Source: Malacoraja senta
Taxonomy: Eukaryota
Direction of reading: 5' to 3'
Length of the DNA: 64,000 nt
Assembly (NCBI GenBank): GCA_038087875.1
Contig: CM075977.1
Span: forward strand, 341,062,001 to 341,126,000
This document shows, in pieces, positions 63,509-64,000 of this stretch (position 1 is the stretch's first letter; each line of letters opens with the position of its first letter). Made by a program: the position numbers and the translations under genes. Under the pieces are notes generated by a model, which worked only from the letters and a program-made list of their open reading frames with translations, was not told where the DNA came from and made no database searches.

Positions 63509-63810
63509 GTGAATGGCGGCGGCCCCGACAGCTCCCGTCCCCTCCTGCTCCACGGCTGTGAGCCGCCGACCCCCCCCCCCCCCCCCCCACCCGCCGGCCT
63601 TCTTCCTCTCTCCAAACCCCTGTTCCCCCCTCCCTCTCGCCAGTCTGCCACCCAGCCATCAGCCTGCCATTGCCCTCCAAAGCCCACCCTGCTCCCCTAC
63701 CTACACTCCTCTCCCTCCCCATCCCTTCTCCCGAATGCTGCTCTCCCCTGCACTCATCGAGCGACCCAACTGCAGCAATTACTTCCCATCCCTCTCATCA
63801 TCTCTCTATC

Positions 63811-64000
63811 TAGCAATGTTACAAAATTTTGAGATTTTAAAAATAAAGTCTGCAATTTATCCCATCAGATAAAGCATAAAAAGAAGTTTAATTTGACACT
63901 TAATTCACTTTCATATCTTCAGTATTAAAAAAGTTATGGCCATTATCATACTCAGAAATTAGCATTGCTTTTCCATTGACTTAACACAAAAGCTGTGATC
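63811..64000. mobile_element. Second copy of the 36295-37333 DNA transposon, in RAB28 intron 1, cut by the window end
   Basis: Reverse complement of about 37130-37333, starting at the TIR TAGCAATGTTACAAAA. Confidence 0.9.

Larger units (their letters stand above)
62750..63620 (+). promoter_or_regulatory. CpG island / promoter and 5' UTR of RAB28
   Basis: Sharp rise in GC and CpG content around RAB28 exon 1; short GC repeats (CGGAG)3 and (GGGACT)3 in the presumptive 5' UTR. Confidence 0.8.

Noticed and set aside
63257-63832. 191-aa ORF as a complete gene
   Set aside because: Only the 25 codons up to the GT donor match RAB28; the remainder is proline-rich read-through into intron 1.

Overview
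Repeat-dense vertebrate genomic DNA, inferred to be cartilaginous fish and probably a skate or ray (judged by eye from the CR1, SINE and Penelope repeat complement). The only host gene is the CpG-island promoter and first coding exon of RAB28 at the right end (63434-63508, [25 protein letters not shown] followed by a GT donor). By gnathostome synteny the window is probably the NKX3-2 to RAB28 intergenic interval, and it holds several TE-poor, enhancer-like unique blocks. The rest is transposon debris: many CR1 LINEs, L2, two L1 3' ends, a full-length but dead DIRS1-type tyrosine-recombinase retrotransposon with intact ITR/ICR architecture, two IR/DR Tc1 elements, non-autonomous Helitron ends, a Harbinger-like MITE, an unclassified TIR element with a 7-bp TSD, tRNA-type SINEs and short Penelope-derived repeats. 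The most notable structures are: (i) minimal hammerhead-ribozyme motifs in the Penelope-derived repeats, one with an intact core about 0.5 kb upstream of the RAB28 ATG; (ii) a decayed Penelope element stretched from about 2.4 kb to about 13.6 kb by at least five nested insertions; (iii) a putative spliceosomal mini-intron just before the DIRS gag ATG; (iv) CR1 insertions with inverted 5' junctions, one with a 75-bp flanking duplication. I found no intact novel protein-coding system. All family calls are by eye and no searches were run.
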